The translations under genes and the position numbers were made by a program. 64,000 bases of DNA. Source: Myxococcota bacterium (GTDB taxonomy: Bacteria > Myxococcota_A > UBA9160 > SZUA-336). The stretch spans positions 1,792,001-1,856,000 of the forward strand of contig CBDFGR010000002.1 in NCBI GenBank assembly GCA_965247115.1. The letters run 5' to 3'. The notes below the pieces were generated by a model, which saw nothing but the letters and a program-made list of their open reading frames with translations, had not been told where the DNA came from and did no database searches. This document shows, one piece after another, positions 47,288 through 56,868 of the stretch. Numbering within the stretch: position 1 is the first letter of the stretch; each line of letters starts with the position of its first letter.

Positions 47288-48427
47288 ATGTCAGAGGCAG
47301 TCGAGCCCTTTCGGATCGAGACGAGTGACGCCGAGCTAGAGGACCTGCAGCGCCGCCTCCGGGCCACGCGCTGGCCCGAGGCGGAGACCGTGGGCGACTG
47401 GTCGCAGGGCATTCCGCTCGCCTATCTGAAGGAGGTCTGCGAGTACTGGGCCGAGAAGTACGACTGGCGAGAGCGGGAGAAGCGCCTGAACGAGGCCCCG
47501 CAGTTCCGCAGCGAGATCGACGGCCTCGGCATCCACTTCCAGCACCTGCGCTCCCCGCACGAGCACGCCCTGCCGCTCGTGTTGACCCACGGCTGGCCGG
47601 GCTCCGTGGTCGAGTTCCAGAAGGTGATCGGCCCGCTCAGCGACCCGACGGCCCACGGCGGCGACGCCAGCGACGCGTTTCACATCGTGTGCCCCTCTCT
47701 CCCCGGCTTCGGCTTCTCCGACAAGCCGGCGGAGACGGGCTGGGGGGTCGAGCGCATCGGAAAGGCCTGGGCTCAGCTGATGGCGCGCCTCGGCTACAAA
47801 CGTTACGTGGCCCAGGGCGGGGACTGGGGGTCCGCGATCACTTCGGCAATTGGCGGGCAGGACCCGGAGCACTGCGCCGGCATCCACATCAACATGGTGT
47901 TCGCGCGTCCGGATCCCGAGACCATGGGCGACCTGACCGAGCGGGAGAAGGGCGCGCTCGCCGCACTCAAGCACTACCAAGACTGGGACTCGGGCTACTC
48001 CAAGCAGCAGAGCACGCGCCCGCAGACGCTCGGCTACGGCCTGGTCGATTCGCCCGCGGGTCAGGCCGGCTGGATCATCGAGAAGTTCTGGGCCTGGACC
48101 GACTGCAACGGACAGCCCGAGAACGTGCTCACGCGCGACGAGCTGCTCGACAACGTGATGCTCTACTGGCTGCCGGGAACCGCAGCCTCCTCCGCGCGCC
48201 TCTACTGGCAGAGCTTTAACTCGATCGCCGGCGGCGACGTCCACGTGCCCACCGGCTGCAGCATCTTCCCCAAGGAGATCATGCGGGCCTCCAGGCGCTG
48301 GGCCGAGGGCCGCTACAAGAACATCGTCTACTGGAACGAGCTGCCGAAGGGCGGACACTTTGCGGCCTTCGAACAGCCGGAGATCTTCGTGGAAGAGCTC
48401 CGGGCCTGCTTTCGCCACGTACGATAG
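47288..48427 (+). CDS. Epoxide hydrolase (microsomal-type, EHN domain)
   Basis: HGWPGS, SLPGFGFS, QGGDWG, GGHFAAFE. Confidence 0.92.
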   Translation: MSEAVEPFRIETSDAELEDLQRRLRATRWPEAETVGDWSQGIPLAYLKEVCEYWAEKYDWREREKRLNEAPQFRSEIDGLGIHFQHLRSPHEHALPLVLTHGWPGSVVEFQKVIGPLSDPTAHGGDASDAFHIVCPSLPGFGFSDKPAETGWGVERIGKAWAQLMARLGYKRYVAQGGDWGSAITSAIGGQDPEHCAGIHINMVFARPDPETMGDLTEREKGALAALKHYQDWDSGYSKQQSTRPQTLGYGLVDSPAGQAGWIIEKFWAWTDCNGQPENVLTRDELLDNVMLYWLPGTAASSARLYWQSFNSIAGGDVHVPTGCSIFPKEIMRASRRWAEGRYKNIVYWNELPKGGHFAAFEQPEIFVEELRACFRHVR

Positions 48428-48546
48428 GCATGAGCGTGCGAGGAAAGGCACGCCGAGTCCGGAGCGCGACCGCAGCATTCTTCCCCGCCTGAGGATGCCA
48501 GGGGAGTAAGATGGCCGGAGGACTGCTCAGTCCAAGGGGAGGCTTC

Positions 48547-50130
48547 ATGAAGCGCTTGCTCGTCAGCCTTACGTTCGCCTGTGTGACGGCATCCTTCTCA
48601 GCATCTGCGGTAGAGATCGAGGATGTGGGCGCGATCACGTTCCCCACGTCCGGCTCCCCTGAGGCCCAGGAGCACTTCCTCCGCGGCGCTGGCATTCTCT
48701 ACAGCTTCGGCTGGAAGCAGGCGATCGAGCAGTTCCAGGCGGCTCAGAAGCTGGAGCCGGACTTTGCCATGGCCTACTGGGGAGAGTCGCTCTGCTACAA
48801 CCATCCGCTCATGGCCGAGCAGGATCGGGATAACCCGATGAACGTTCTCTCGAGGCTCGGCGCGACGCCCGAGGAGCGGCTGGCGAAGGCCCCCACGGCG
48901 AAGGAGAAGGGCTACGTCGCCGCGGTGGAGGCCCTCTTCATGGGTGAGGGGAACCGGGTAGAGCGGCGCATCGCCTACATGGAGGCCATGCGCCGTCTCC
49001 ACGAGAGCTTTCCCGATGATCAGGAGGTGGCGACCTTCTATGCGCTGGCGCTCCTGAGCGCCGCCGGTCCCATGGGCGACGAGAGCCTGCGTACACGTGT
49101 GCTCGCGGGCTCGATCGCCCTCGACGTCTTCAACGCGAACCCCAATCACCCCGGTGCGGCGCACTACATCATTCACGCGTTCGACGACCCCGTCCACGCA
49201 CCCATCGCGCTTCCCGCGGCGTGGAGGTTCGCAGAGATCGCGCCTGCTGTTTCCCACGCCCGTCACATGCCCACGCACATTTTCATCCAGCGCGGCATGT
49301 GGAAGGAGGTCTCCCGTTCGAACCAGTCCGCCTATGAGGCTGCAGTTGCGCTGTGGGAGCCGGGCGACAAGGCCGGGGACATGACGCACTCGCTCGACTG
49401 GGGACAGTACGGCGACCTCCAGCTCGGAGACTATGAAAAAGCAAGGGTGTGGATCGAACGCATGGAGGAGATCGTGGCGAAGAACGGGACGCAGGAACGC
49501 CCGCTCGGGGCGCTCCCCCGCGTCAAGGCGCGCTACGTCATCGAGACGGAGCAATGGCAAACACAGCCGGTAACAGACGAGTCGTCGGCGGTCGAGCTCC
49601 TGGCGACCGGCATGAGCGCCGTCGAGCTCGGGGACTTGGAGCTGGCTCAGCAGGCGGAGCTGCGACTCGAGGCTCTGGCCAACGAGGTCTCGGACGACGA
49701 CGGCTCCTACTTCGCACGCTCGATCAAACCGACACAGATCATGCACAAGGAGGTGGCCGCCCTCATACGGTTGGAGCTGGGACAGCAGGCCGAGGCGATC
49801 GCGCTGCTCGAAGAAGGTGTGGCAATCGCGGAGAGCATGCGGGCCCCGAGTGGCGCGGCCAGCCCCATCAAGCCCGTGCACGAGCTTCTGGGCGAGGTGC
49901 TTCTTGCCGTCGGTGACGGCGCAGGGGCGGTCGAGAGCTTCCAGATATCGCTTTCGAGGACGCCGAATCGGCCGCTCTCACTGCTCGGCCTGGCGCGCGC
50001 CCATGTCGAGGAAGGCGATCTGGTCGCGGCCAGCGTGCAGTACCGAAAGCTCGCCGAGGTCTGGGTAGGCCGAGACAAGCCCGAGCTCCTGGAGGCGACG
50101 CAGTACATCGACGTGGGTGCCGCACGCTAA
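48547..50130 (+). CDS. Exported TPR-repeat protein
   Basis: Signal peptide, FAMAYWGE, HPGAAHYIIH, HARHMPTHIF. Confidence 0.8.
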   Translation: MKRLLVSLTFACVTASFSASAVEIEDVGAITFPTSGSPEAQEHFLRGAGILYSFGWKQAIEQFQAAQKLEPDFAMAYWGESLCYNHPLMAEQDRDNPMNVLSRLGATPEERLAKAPTAKEKGYVAAVEALFMGEGNRVERRIAYMEAMRRLHESFPDDQEVATFYALALLSAAGPMGDESLRTRVLAGSIALDVFNANPNHPGAAHYIIHAFDDPVHAPIALPAAWRFAEIAPAVSHARHMPTHIFIQRGMWKEVSRSNQSAYEAAVALWEPGDKAGDMTHSLDWGQYGDLQLGDYEKARVWIERMEEIVAKNGTQERPLGALPRVKARYVIETEQWQTQPVTDESSAVELLATGMSAVELGDLELAQQAELRLEALANEVSDDDGSYFARSIKPTQIMHKEVAALIRLELGQQAEAIALLEEGVAIAESMRAPSGAASPIKPVHELLGEVLLAVGDGAGAVESFQISLSRTPNRPLSLLGLARAHVEEGDLVAASVQYRKLAEVWVGRDKPELLEATQYIDVGAAR

Positions 50131-50160
50131 GAGGCTCCCGATCAAGAGGCGAACCTGCAC

Positions 50161-51537
50161 ATGGTCGACCGTGAAGCGACCTCCTTCTCGAGGCGTAGAT
50201 TCCTGGAGGCCCTCACGGGAAGCGTGACCGGTGCTGCCCTGCTTGCCTCGGCCGACCTGGCGAGCGGAGCTACTGCTCCCGCGCCGGAGTCCGATACGGG
50301 CGTTGCCGAGCCTGGCGATGAGGTGTACTGGCGTTGGGTGGCGGATCAGTTTCTGATTCCGGACGACCTCGCCTACATGAACACGGGGACCCGAGGACCC
50401 TCGCCCCGAAGCGTGGTCCAGGCGCAGGTAGAGGCGATCCGTCAGGCCGACACCGATCGACTCAGCTATGCAACGTCCGTGCAGACCCCCGACTTCACCG
50501 CGCGACTCCGCGAGAAGATGGCGACGTACCTCGGCTGCAAGTCCAACGAGATCGCCTTCACGAACAATACGACGGAGGGGATGGCCTTCGGCACGAACGG
50601 TCCGGACTTGAACGCAGGCGACGAGGTGATCTGCACGAACCACGATCACACGAGCGGTGCCATGCCGGTCTACCTCAGGGCCGTCCGGCACGGTCTCGAG
50701 CCGGTGATGATCGACCTGTCCGACCCGAGCTACCATCCCCCGCGAGACCCGAGCGTGCTCATCAACGCGTTCGACGCGGTGATTACCCGTCGAACCAAGC
50801 TGATCAGCTTCTGCCACGTGAACTACACCGACGGCTGCGTGCTGCCCGTGAAGCAGATCTGCGAGCTGGCTCGCTCGCGGGGAATTCTAACCCTGGTCGA
50901 TGGAGCGCATCCGCCGGGCCTGATGAAGCTCGACCTGCACGATCTTGGTTGCGATATGTACGCGGGCGCGTGCCACAAGTGGATGCTCGCGTCGATGCTG
51001 ACCGGCTTCTTCTACGTTCGGGAGGACGTACAGGACCGGATCTGGCCCAGCATCTACTCCGGGCCCGTGAACGGGCTCAGCATGTACGGCGAGCCGGCGC
51101 TCGAGCGGTTCAAGTCGCAGTCCGAGACAGCGGCGCGCTACGAGCTGCGTGGCTCCGGAAGCTATCCCGCGCGCATGTCCATCGACGCTGCGCTGGACTT
51201 CCACAATCGCCTGACGCCTGCGGCAGTGGAAGCGCGGGATCGCTACCTCGCCCGGCGCGCCCGCGATGGCTTGCGCAAGCTCAACGGTGTATCGATCTAC
51301 GTGTCCGAAGAGCCCGAGCTGAGCAGCGGCGTGGTCTCATTCGCGCTGAAGGGCATCGAACCCAAGCGGCTCTCCGAGCTGCTCTGGGACCGGCATCGGA
51401 TCTGTATTCGCAACGTGACCCATCCCGAGATCGGCTGGGATGCGAACCGAGCCTGTCTGCATTTGATGGTGACGGCACCGCAGGTGGACGACCTGATTGG
51501 CGCCGTCGATGAGGTCGCCAGGGAGATCGGCGCGTAG
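50161..51537 (+). CDS. Tat-exported aminotransferase class V (isopenicillin N epimerase/cysteine desulfurase-like)
   Basis: SRRRFL, NTTEG, VDGAH, CHKWM (PLP lysine). Confidence 0.85.
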   Translation: MVDREATSFSRRRFLEALTGSVTGAALLASADLASGATAPAPESDTGVAEPGDEVYWRWVADQFLIPDDLAYMNTGTRGPSPRSVVQAQVEAIRQADTDRLSYATSVQTPDFTARLREKMATYLGCKSNEIAFTNNTTEGMAFGTNGPDLNAGDEVICTNHDHTSGAMPVYLRAVRHGLEPVMIDLSDPSYHPPRDPSVLINAFDAVITRRTKLISFCHVNYTDGCVLPVKQICELARSRGILTLVDGAHPPGLMKLDLHDLGCDMYAGACHKWMLASMLTGFFYVREDVQDRIWPSIYSGPVNGLSMYGEPALERFKSQSETAARYELRGSGSYPARMSIDAALDFHNRLTPAAVEARDRYLARRARDGLRKLNGVSIYVSEEPELSSGVVSFALKGIEPKRLSELLWDRHRICIRNVTHPEIGWDANRACLHLMVTAPQVDDLIGAVDEVAREIGA

Positions 51538-51544
51538 CAGCCCG

Positions 51545-51994
51545 TCAGTCCGGGACCGCGGCCCAGCACTCGATCTCGACCCTGGCCCCGAGCGCCAGCC
51601 CGCTCGCAGCGAACGTGCTCCGAGCGGGTTTGGGGCCGGGGAAGTGTTTGACGTAGGTTGCGTTCATCGCCGCATAGTCCACGATGTCCGCCAGCATTAC
51701 CGTGCACTTGACGACCGTGTCTAGCGAGGCACCGTTCGCCTTCAGCAGCTGGCTGATGTTCTGTAGCGCCTGGTCCGTCTCGGCCTCGATTCCGCCTGAG
51801 ACCAGCGTTGGCGTGCCAGGCTCGGTGCCGAGCGCCCCGGAGAGGTAGAGCATGTTGCCGACGCGGACCCCATCCGAAAAGGGCCGATCCGGCGCGTCCT
51901 CCGGGGCAAGGAACTCGACGAGCGAGTCGTTGGCGTATGCCGTTGGAGCCCCGATCAAGAGCGCACCGATCCCGATCACGATTCGCAAGAACAT
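51545..51994 (-). CDS. RidA/YjgF family protein with signal peptide
   Basis: PFS, LYLSGALG, VVKCTV, PARS, VEIEC; hydrophobic leader ending AYA. Confidence 0.85.
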   Translation of the reverse strand: MFLRIVIGIGALLIGAPTAYANDSLVEFLAPEDAPDRPFSDGVRVGNMLYLSGALGTEPGTPTLVSGGIEAETDQALQNISQLLKANGASLDTVVKCTVMLADIVDYAAMNATYVKHFPGPKPARSTFAASGLALGARVEIECWAAVPD

Positions 51995-52008
51995 TGTTGG
52001 CACCTCAA

Positions 52009-53196
52009 CTAGTAGGCGTACTGGTCGACGCGAGACTGCGCCTGGGAGAGACCCTTGCCCCGGATTGGAACTGGATCGAGCCAGGCATCCACAGCCCGTC
52101 TCTCGTAGCCGAAGCGTAGCTGGGCGGACTGCAGCTTCGTTGCGTCGAGCCACTCGCCCTCCCGGTACGGAACCGGGAAGCCCAGGCCGTTCAGCGTGTA
52201 GCCGTAGACACGACACAGGTGCTCGCCCTCCTCGAAGTCTCCCACGTAGGAGACCCAGGGGGTCTCGATGCGCAGCGTCTCGCGCAGCTGCTTCTGCAGC
52301 GAAGCGATCACGTTGCCTTTGTCCCAGTCCGGGATGGCGCGCTCCACGAACGTCTTTCCGCCCGGCAGGGACCACTGGCCCGGCTCCTCCTGGACGAGAA
52401 AGAACTCCGGTCCCTCTTCCCCGGCGCGCTCCAGCGCCAGCCGGGTGGTCTCGATCTTCCTGTCGCTGTGCACTGCCAGGAGCCTCCTCCCTTGTGGTGA
52501 CAGGGCTTTGTAGACGTTGTCGTCGTACAGGAAGTAGCCGGTTGCGGGCGGCGACTTCGCGCCAGCGTACTTGTTGAAGATCCCTACCCGGTGCCGTCCT
52601 GAGCGGTTGGGGTCAGCGCGGTGCCAGGTATGCATGTTCACGAGGAGCAGATCGCCGCGCTCGAGCTCCGGGTCGACGAAGTCGGAGTCTGCTGGGGTGA
52701 TCGCGGGACGGACGCAGAGCGCACGCTCGCCGCCGTCGTAGACCCGATCTAGGCGATGCGAGCCCCGAGCAACGAGGAGTGGTCCGATCTCTGCGTCGTA
52801 GTCGCAGAACGGGACGATCGCGAACAGCCAGTTCATCGACGAGCCAACCGGACGCCAGCGCTTGTAGTCGTTGTGCGGGGGAAGACCGGCACCACCGGGT
52901 GTGCGGTCGTACACCACGAACGCGGTCAACCGCGCCGAATCCCCCAGCAGCTGCTCCGCCACCGGCACGATTGCGGGATGCTCGGCAACGAACGCGAGAT
53001 CCGGATCCTTCAGGCAGTTGTTCGCAAGCGTGTAGCGCCCAGGCTCCGGATACTCGAGCTTCTGAAGCTTGCCATCGAGGGGCGGGTTCCGTGCGAAGCC
53101 GCGCTCCATCCGCTCGATGTCTGCCGCTGGAATCTGACCGCGCAGCACCAGGAAGCCGTCGCGTTCGTACGCAGCGAGCTGGTCGGCTGTGAGCAT
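52009..53196 (-). CDS. Phytanoyl-CoA dioxygenase (PhyH) family protein with Nudix-like C-terminal domain
   Basis: YERDGFL, HND, GSH, distal His in TWHRA; C-terminal FFLVQE..WSLPGG. Confidence 0.75.
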   Translation of the reverse strand: MLTADQLAAYERDGFLVLRGQIPAADIERMERGFARNPPLDGKLQKLEYPEPGRYTLANNCLKDPDLAFVAEHPAIVPVAEQLLGDSARLTAFVVYDRTPGGAGLPPHNDYKRWRPVGSSMNWLFAIVPFCDYDAEIGPLLVARGSHRLDRVYDGGERALCVRPAITPADSDFVDPELERGDLLLVNMHTWHRADPNRSGRHRVGIFNKYAGAKSPPATGYFLYDDNVYKALSPQGRRLLAVHSDRKIETTRLALERAGEEGPEFFLVQEEPGQWSLPGGKTFVERAIPDWDKGNVIASLQKQLRETLRIETPWVSYVGDFEEGEHLCRVYGYTLNGLGFPVPYREGEWLDATKLQSAQLRFGYERRAVDAWLDPVPIRGKGLSQAQSRVDQYAY

Positions 53197-53271
53197 CGCA
53201 GGCGATTCTAGCAGTGAAAGGCGCCCTCAAGCGCGGAGGGGCGCTGACCAGCTAAGATAGGACGTACGAAG

Positions 53272-53754
53272 ATGCCAGAAACGTCCGATGATCGGGTCTC
53301 CTCTACGCTCGAGGTCTCGCACGAGGACTCGGCCCTGAGCCGCCTGGACGGGGAGTTCGAGAGCGACTCGGTCTCGGCGCTGTTCGGCTCGCTCGGCCGC
53401 TCGGGCAAGTGGCTGGTGCCCGACTACCTGACCGCCCGGGCTCACTTCGGCGAGGTGAAGCTCGACTTCCGCGAGGCGAGCCTGCCGTCGAGCGGGATCG
53501 TCGAAGTCGAGGCCACCGCTGTCTTCGGCTCGATCAAGCTCATCGTTCCCGTGGGTACCCAGGTCGAGATGGAGAGTGTCTGGTCTGCCTTCGGAGAGAT
53601 CGGCCACAAAAAGGGTTGGTTCCGCCTGCGCTCGTTCCTGCGGCGCTTCGTAACCGGCGAGGAGGAGGAGGAGCCGGAACCGGAGCACGAGCCCTTCGTC
53701 CTGCGCGTAACCGGAAGAGCCATTTTCGGCGAGGTCGTCGCTTCGACCGGCTAA
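53272..53754 (+). CDS. LiaF/DUF1707-associated beta-solenoid domain protein
   Basis: ALFG..R.G.W.VP, FGEVKLDFREA, AVFGSIKLIVP. Confidence 0.7.
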   Translation: MPETSDDRVSSTLEVSHEDSALSRLDGEFESDSVSALFGSLGRSGKWLVPDYLTARAHFGEVKLDFREASLPSSGIVEVEATAVFGSIKLIVPVGTQVEMESVWSAFGEIGHKKGWFRLRSFLRRFVTGEEEEEPEPEHEPFVLRVTGRAIFGEVVASTG

Positions 53755-53809
53755 GGACTGCCCACTCGCGAGCGCGAGGCCTTGTACCACAGGACTGAGG
53801 GAGGTACGG

Positions 53810-54790
53810 ATGAAGGAGTTTGACGGGAAGCTGGCGGTGGTTACGGGCGGCGGTACCGGCATGGGGCGGGAGCTCGCGCGCCAGCTCGCGAATGCGGGCT
53901 GTCACCTGGCCATCTGCGACGTGAACGCGGAGAACATGGAAGCGACGAAGAAGGCCTGCGAGGAGCAAGCTCCGGCGGGAACGCGCATCACTGCGCACGT
54001 GTGCGACGTGTCCGACGAGGCGCAGGTCCGGTCGTTCTGCGCTGCCGTGAAGCAGCAGCACCAGACTGAGCAGATCAACCTGCTCTTCAACAACGCCGGC
54101 ATCGGTGGCGGCGGCAGCTTTCTCGAAGACCATCGGGACGAGTGGGACAAGACCTTTGATGTGTGCTGGTCCGGCGTCTACTACTGCGCTCGCGCGTTCA
54201 TGCCGCTGCTCGTAGCCAGCAGCGAAGGGCACATCATCAACACGAGCAGCGTGAACGGCTTCTGGGCCTCCCTGGGTCCGATGACTGCCCACACGGCGTA
54301 CAGCGCCGCGAAGTTCGCGGTCAAGGGGTTCTCGGAAGCGCTGCTGACGGATCTTCGATTGAATGCGCCCCACGTGAAGGTGTCGGTAGTGATGCCCGGG
54401 CACATTGGCACTTCGATCGTCGAGAACTCGCAGCGGGTGCTCGGGCAACCCAGCCCAAAGGAGATGACCGAGGAGGACCTCGACGAGGTGCGCCGTCAGC
54501 TGAAGCGCCGGGGACTCCCGGAAGATGCGCTCAGCGATCAGCAGCTCGTGGAAGCGCTCCAGCAGCGGATGGACGACTTCCGAAACAAGGCTCCACTGAC
54601 CGCTGCGCAGGCCGCGACGATCATTCTCGACGGAGTCCGGGCCGAGCGCTGGCGGATCCTGGTGGGCGAAGACGCGCAGACCATCGATCGCCTGGTGCGA
54701 GAGGCTCCCGAGGAGGCCTACGAGCCATCGCTCTACCAGAAGCTGCAGGCAGCCGGGACCTTCGCGGCATTGGGCTCGCTCGGCGAGTAG
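53810..54790 (+). CDS. SDR family oxidoreductase
   Basis: TGGGTGMG, NNAG, YSAAK. Confidence 0.92.
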   Translation: MKEFDGKLAVVTGGGTGMGRELARQLANAGCHLAICDVNAENMEATKKACEEQAPAGTRITAHVCDVSDEAQVRSFCAAVKQQHQTEQINLLFNNAGIGGGGSFLEDHRDEWDKTFDVCWSGVYYCARAFMPLLVASSEGHIINTSSVNGFWASLGPMTAHTAYSAAKFAVKGFSEALLTDLRLNAPHVKVSVVMPGHIGTSIVENSQRVLGQPSPKEMTEEDLDEVRRQLKRRGLPEDALSDQQLVEALQQRMDDFRNKAPLTAAQAATIILDGVRAERWRILVGEDAQTIDRLVREAPEEAYEPSLYQKLQAAGTFAALGSLGE

Positions 54791-54813
54791 GGAAGCTGCG
54801 GTATAAAGGGGTC

Positions 54814-55854
54814 ATGAGAGTCGACTTCATGACCGGGCCCAGAGAGCTTCATGCGATACAGACCCTGGCGCGGGATGTGGAACGCGCCGGGTTCAGTGGC
54901 ATCACCTTCACAGAGGGTGGGAGGACCGCCTACCTGTCGGTGGCTGCGGCTGCGCTGGTGACCGAGCGGCTGGAGTTCACGACGGGGATTGCCGTCGCGT
55001 TTCCTCGCAGTCCCATGGTCACCGCTCAGATCGCCTGGGAGCTGCAGGAGGCGAGCCAGGGCCGCTTCCGGCTCGGCCTCGGCACGCAGGTGCGCGCGCA
55101 CATCACCCGCCGGTACGGGGTCGAGTTCGATCCGCCGGGGCCGCGCATGCGCGATTACATCGGTGCGATTCGCGCCATCTTCAAGGGGTTCCGAGGAGAG
55201 GAGCGCTTGAACCACCACGGTCCGTTCTACGACCTGACACTGCTCAATCCCATGTGGACGCCAGGGGATATCGACTATCCGACGCCTCCGATCGATGTTG
55301 CTGCAGTCGGACCCTACATGCTGCGGATGGCCGGAGAGCTTTGTGACGGGATTCACGTGCATCCCATGCATAGCATCGAGTACGTGACTCAGGTGCTACA
55401 GCCGGCGGTGGCCGATGGAGCGGGTCGAGTCGGCCGCGATCCATCCGAGGTGAAGCTCCTGGTACCGGTACTCACGATCGTCGGTAATAGCGAGGAAGAG
55501 AAGGCGGCCTCGCGCGCCTTCTGCCGCCAGCAGGTGGCCTTCTACGGCTCGACCCCGAACTACGCACTCCAGTTCGACCTGCTCGGGTTAGAGGGGACCA
55601 CGGACCGCATCCGCGAGCGCCAGAAGGCCGGCGATGTGCCCGGGATGGCGGAGGTCATCAGCGACGAGATCCTGGAGCACTTTACCGTGGAGGCGAAGTG
55701 GGACGAGCTCGCCGATCAGCTCGTTCAGCGCTACGGCGGACTGGCCGATCGGGTGACGCTGTACACCGCGGGAACGGAGTACGCCCGCGATCCCTCTTCG
55801 ATCGCTCGCTGGGGGGAGGTGGCCAAGGCCGCCTCGAGCGGCGCGCTCGGATGA
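54814..55854 (+). CDS. LLM-class F420-dependent oxidoreductase (TIGR03617-like)
   Basis: IAVAFPRSP, GLGTQVRAH, FYGSTPNY. Confidence 0.88.
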   Translation: MRVDFMTGPRELHAIQTLARDVERAGFSGITFTEGGRTAYLSVAAAALVTERLEFTTGIAVAFPRSPMVTAQIAWELQEASQGRFRLGLGTQVRAHITRRYGVEFDPPGPRMRDYIGAIRAIFKGFRGEERLNHHGPFYDLTLLNPMWTPGDIDYPTPPIDVAAVGPYMLRMAGELCDGIHVHPMHSIEYVTQVLQPAVADGAGRVGRDPSEVKLLVPVLTIVGNSEEEKAASRAFCRQQVAFYGSTPNYALQFDLLGLEGTTDRIRERQKAGDVPGMAEVISDEILEHFTVEAKWDELADQLVQRYGGLADRVTLYTAGTEYARDPSSIARWGEVAKAASSGALG

Positions 55855-55880
55855 AGCTCGGGCTACGGCGGATGCCAGTG

Positions 55881-56747
55881 CTAGATCCTGCCGGCGTTGA
55901 TGACCGGCTGGGCCTCGGCCTCGCCGCAGAGGATCACTAGCAGGTTGCTCACCATCGCGGCTTTCCGGTCCTCGTCCAGGGCTACGACCCCGGTGGCCTC
56001 GAGGTTCCGGAGAGCCAGGTCGACCATGCTGACCGCTCCGTCGACGATCTTGCGTCGCGCTGCCAGTACAGCCTCGGCCTGCTGGCGCTTGAGCATCACG
56101 CTCGCGATCTCCGGGGCGTACGCCAGGTGGTTGAGCCGCGCTTCGGTGATCTTGACGCCTGCCTTCCCGACGCGATCCTGGAGCTCCTTCAGCAGCGCCG
56201 CGTTCACGGGCTCCCCGCCGCGCAGCGTGACCACTGCATCGTCTTCGTCCTCGCCGTGATCGTAGGCGTACTGGCCGGCAAGCGCGCGCACCGCAGAGTC
56301 GCTCTGGAGCTTGACGAAGTGCTCGCAGTCGTCGACGTCGAACATGGCCTTGGCCGTGTCGGCGATGCGCCAGACGACGATCGCGGAGATCTCGATCGGG
56401 TTTCCCTGCTTGTCGTTGACCTTCAGGGTCTCGCCGTCGAGGTTGCGCAGCCGAAGCGAGAGCCGCTGCTTTGTCTGGAAGGGGTTCGTCCAGCGGAAGC
56501 CCTCGTCGCGCGAAGTCCCGACGTAATCCCCGAACAGGATAAGCAGGCGGGCCTCGTTCGGCTGTAGTGTGAAGAAGCCGCCGCACGAGATCGATGCGAG
56601 CGTGATGGCCACGGAGCCGACGACGAAGGGCGGAATCTGTCCCCACTGTGCTCCGAGCCAGTAGCACCAGCCCGAGGAGCCGAACAGGACAATCGTGACG
56701 AACAGCATGATCCATCCACTCTGCGTGTTTACCGAGCGTTCCGTCAT
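55881..56747 (-). CDS. SPFH/band 7 domain protein
   Basis: LKVNDKQGNPIEI, LAYAPEIA..ML.RQQA, MVSNLLVILC. Confidence 0.9.
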   Translation of the reverse strand: MTERSVNTQSGWIMLFVTIVLFGSSGWCYWLGAQWGQIPPFVVGSVAITLASISCGGFFTLQPNEARLLILFGDYVGTSRDEGFRWTNPFQTKQRLSLRLRNLDGETLKVNDKQGNPIEISAIVVWRIADTAKAMFDVDDCEHFVKLQSDSAVRALAGQYAYDHGEDEDDAVVTLRGGEPVNAALLKELQDRVGKAGVKITEARLNHLAYAPEIASVMLKRQQAEAVLAARRKIVDGAVSMVDLALRNLEATGVVALDEDRKAAMVSNLLVILCGEAEAQPVINAGRI

Positions 56748-56868
56748 CGCGTCTCCTCAGGGCCAGGTGAGCGGTCCCACGCACCGTTTCGGCACGGAGC
56801 GGGGCTGCCTAGAGGCTCAGGTACAGGGTCGCCGGTGACGCTGGCTGATCACGCTGTCGCCAAGAGGC

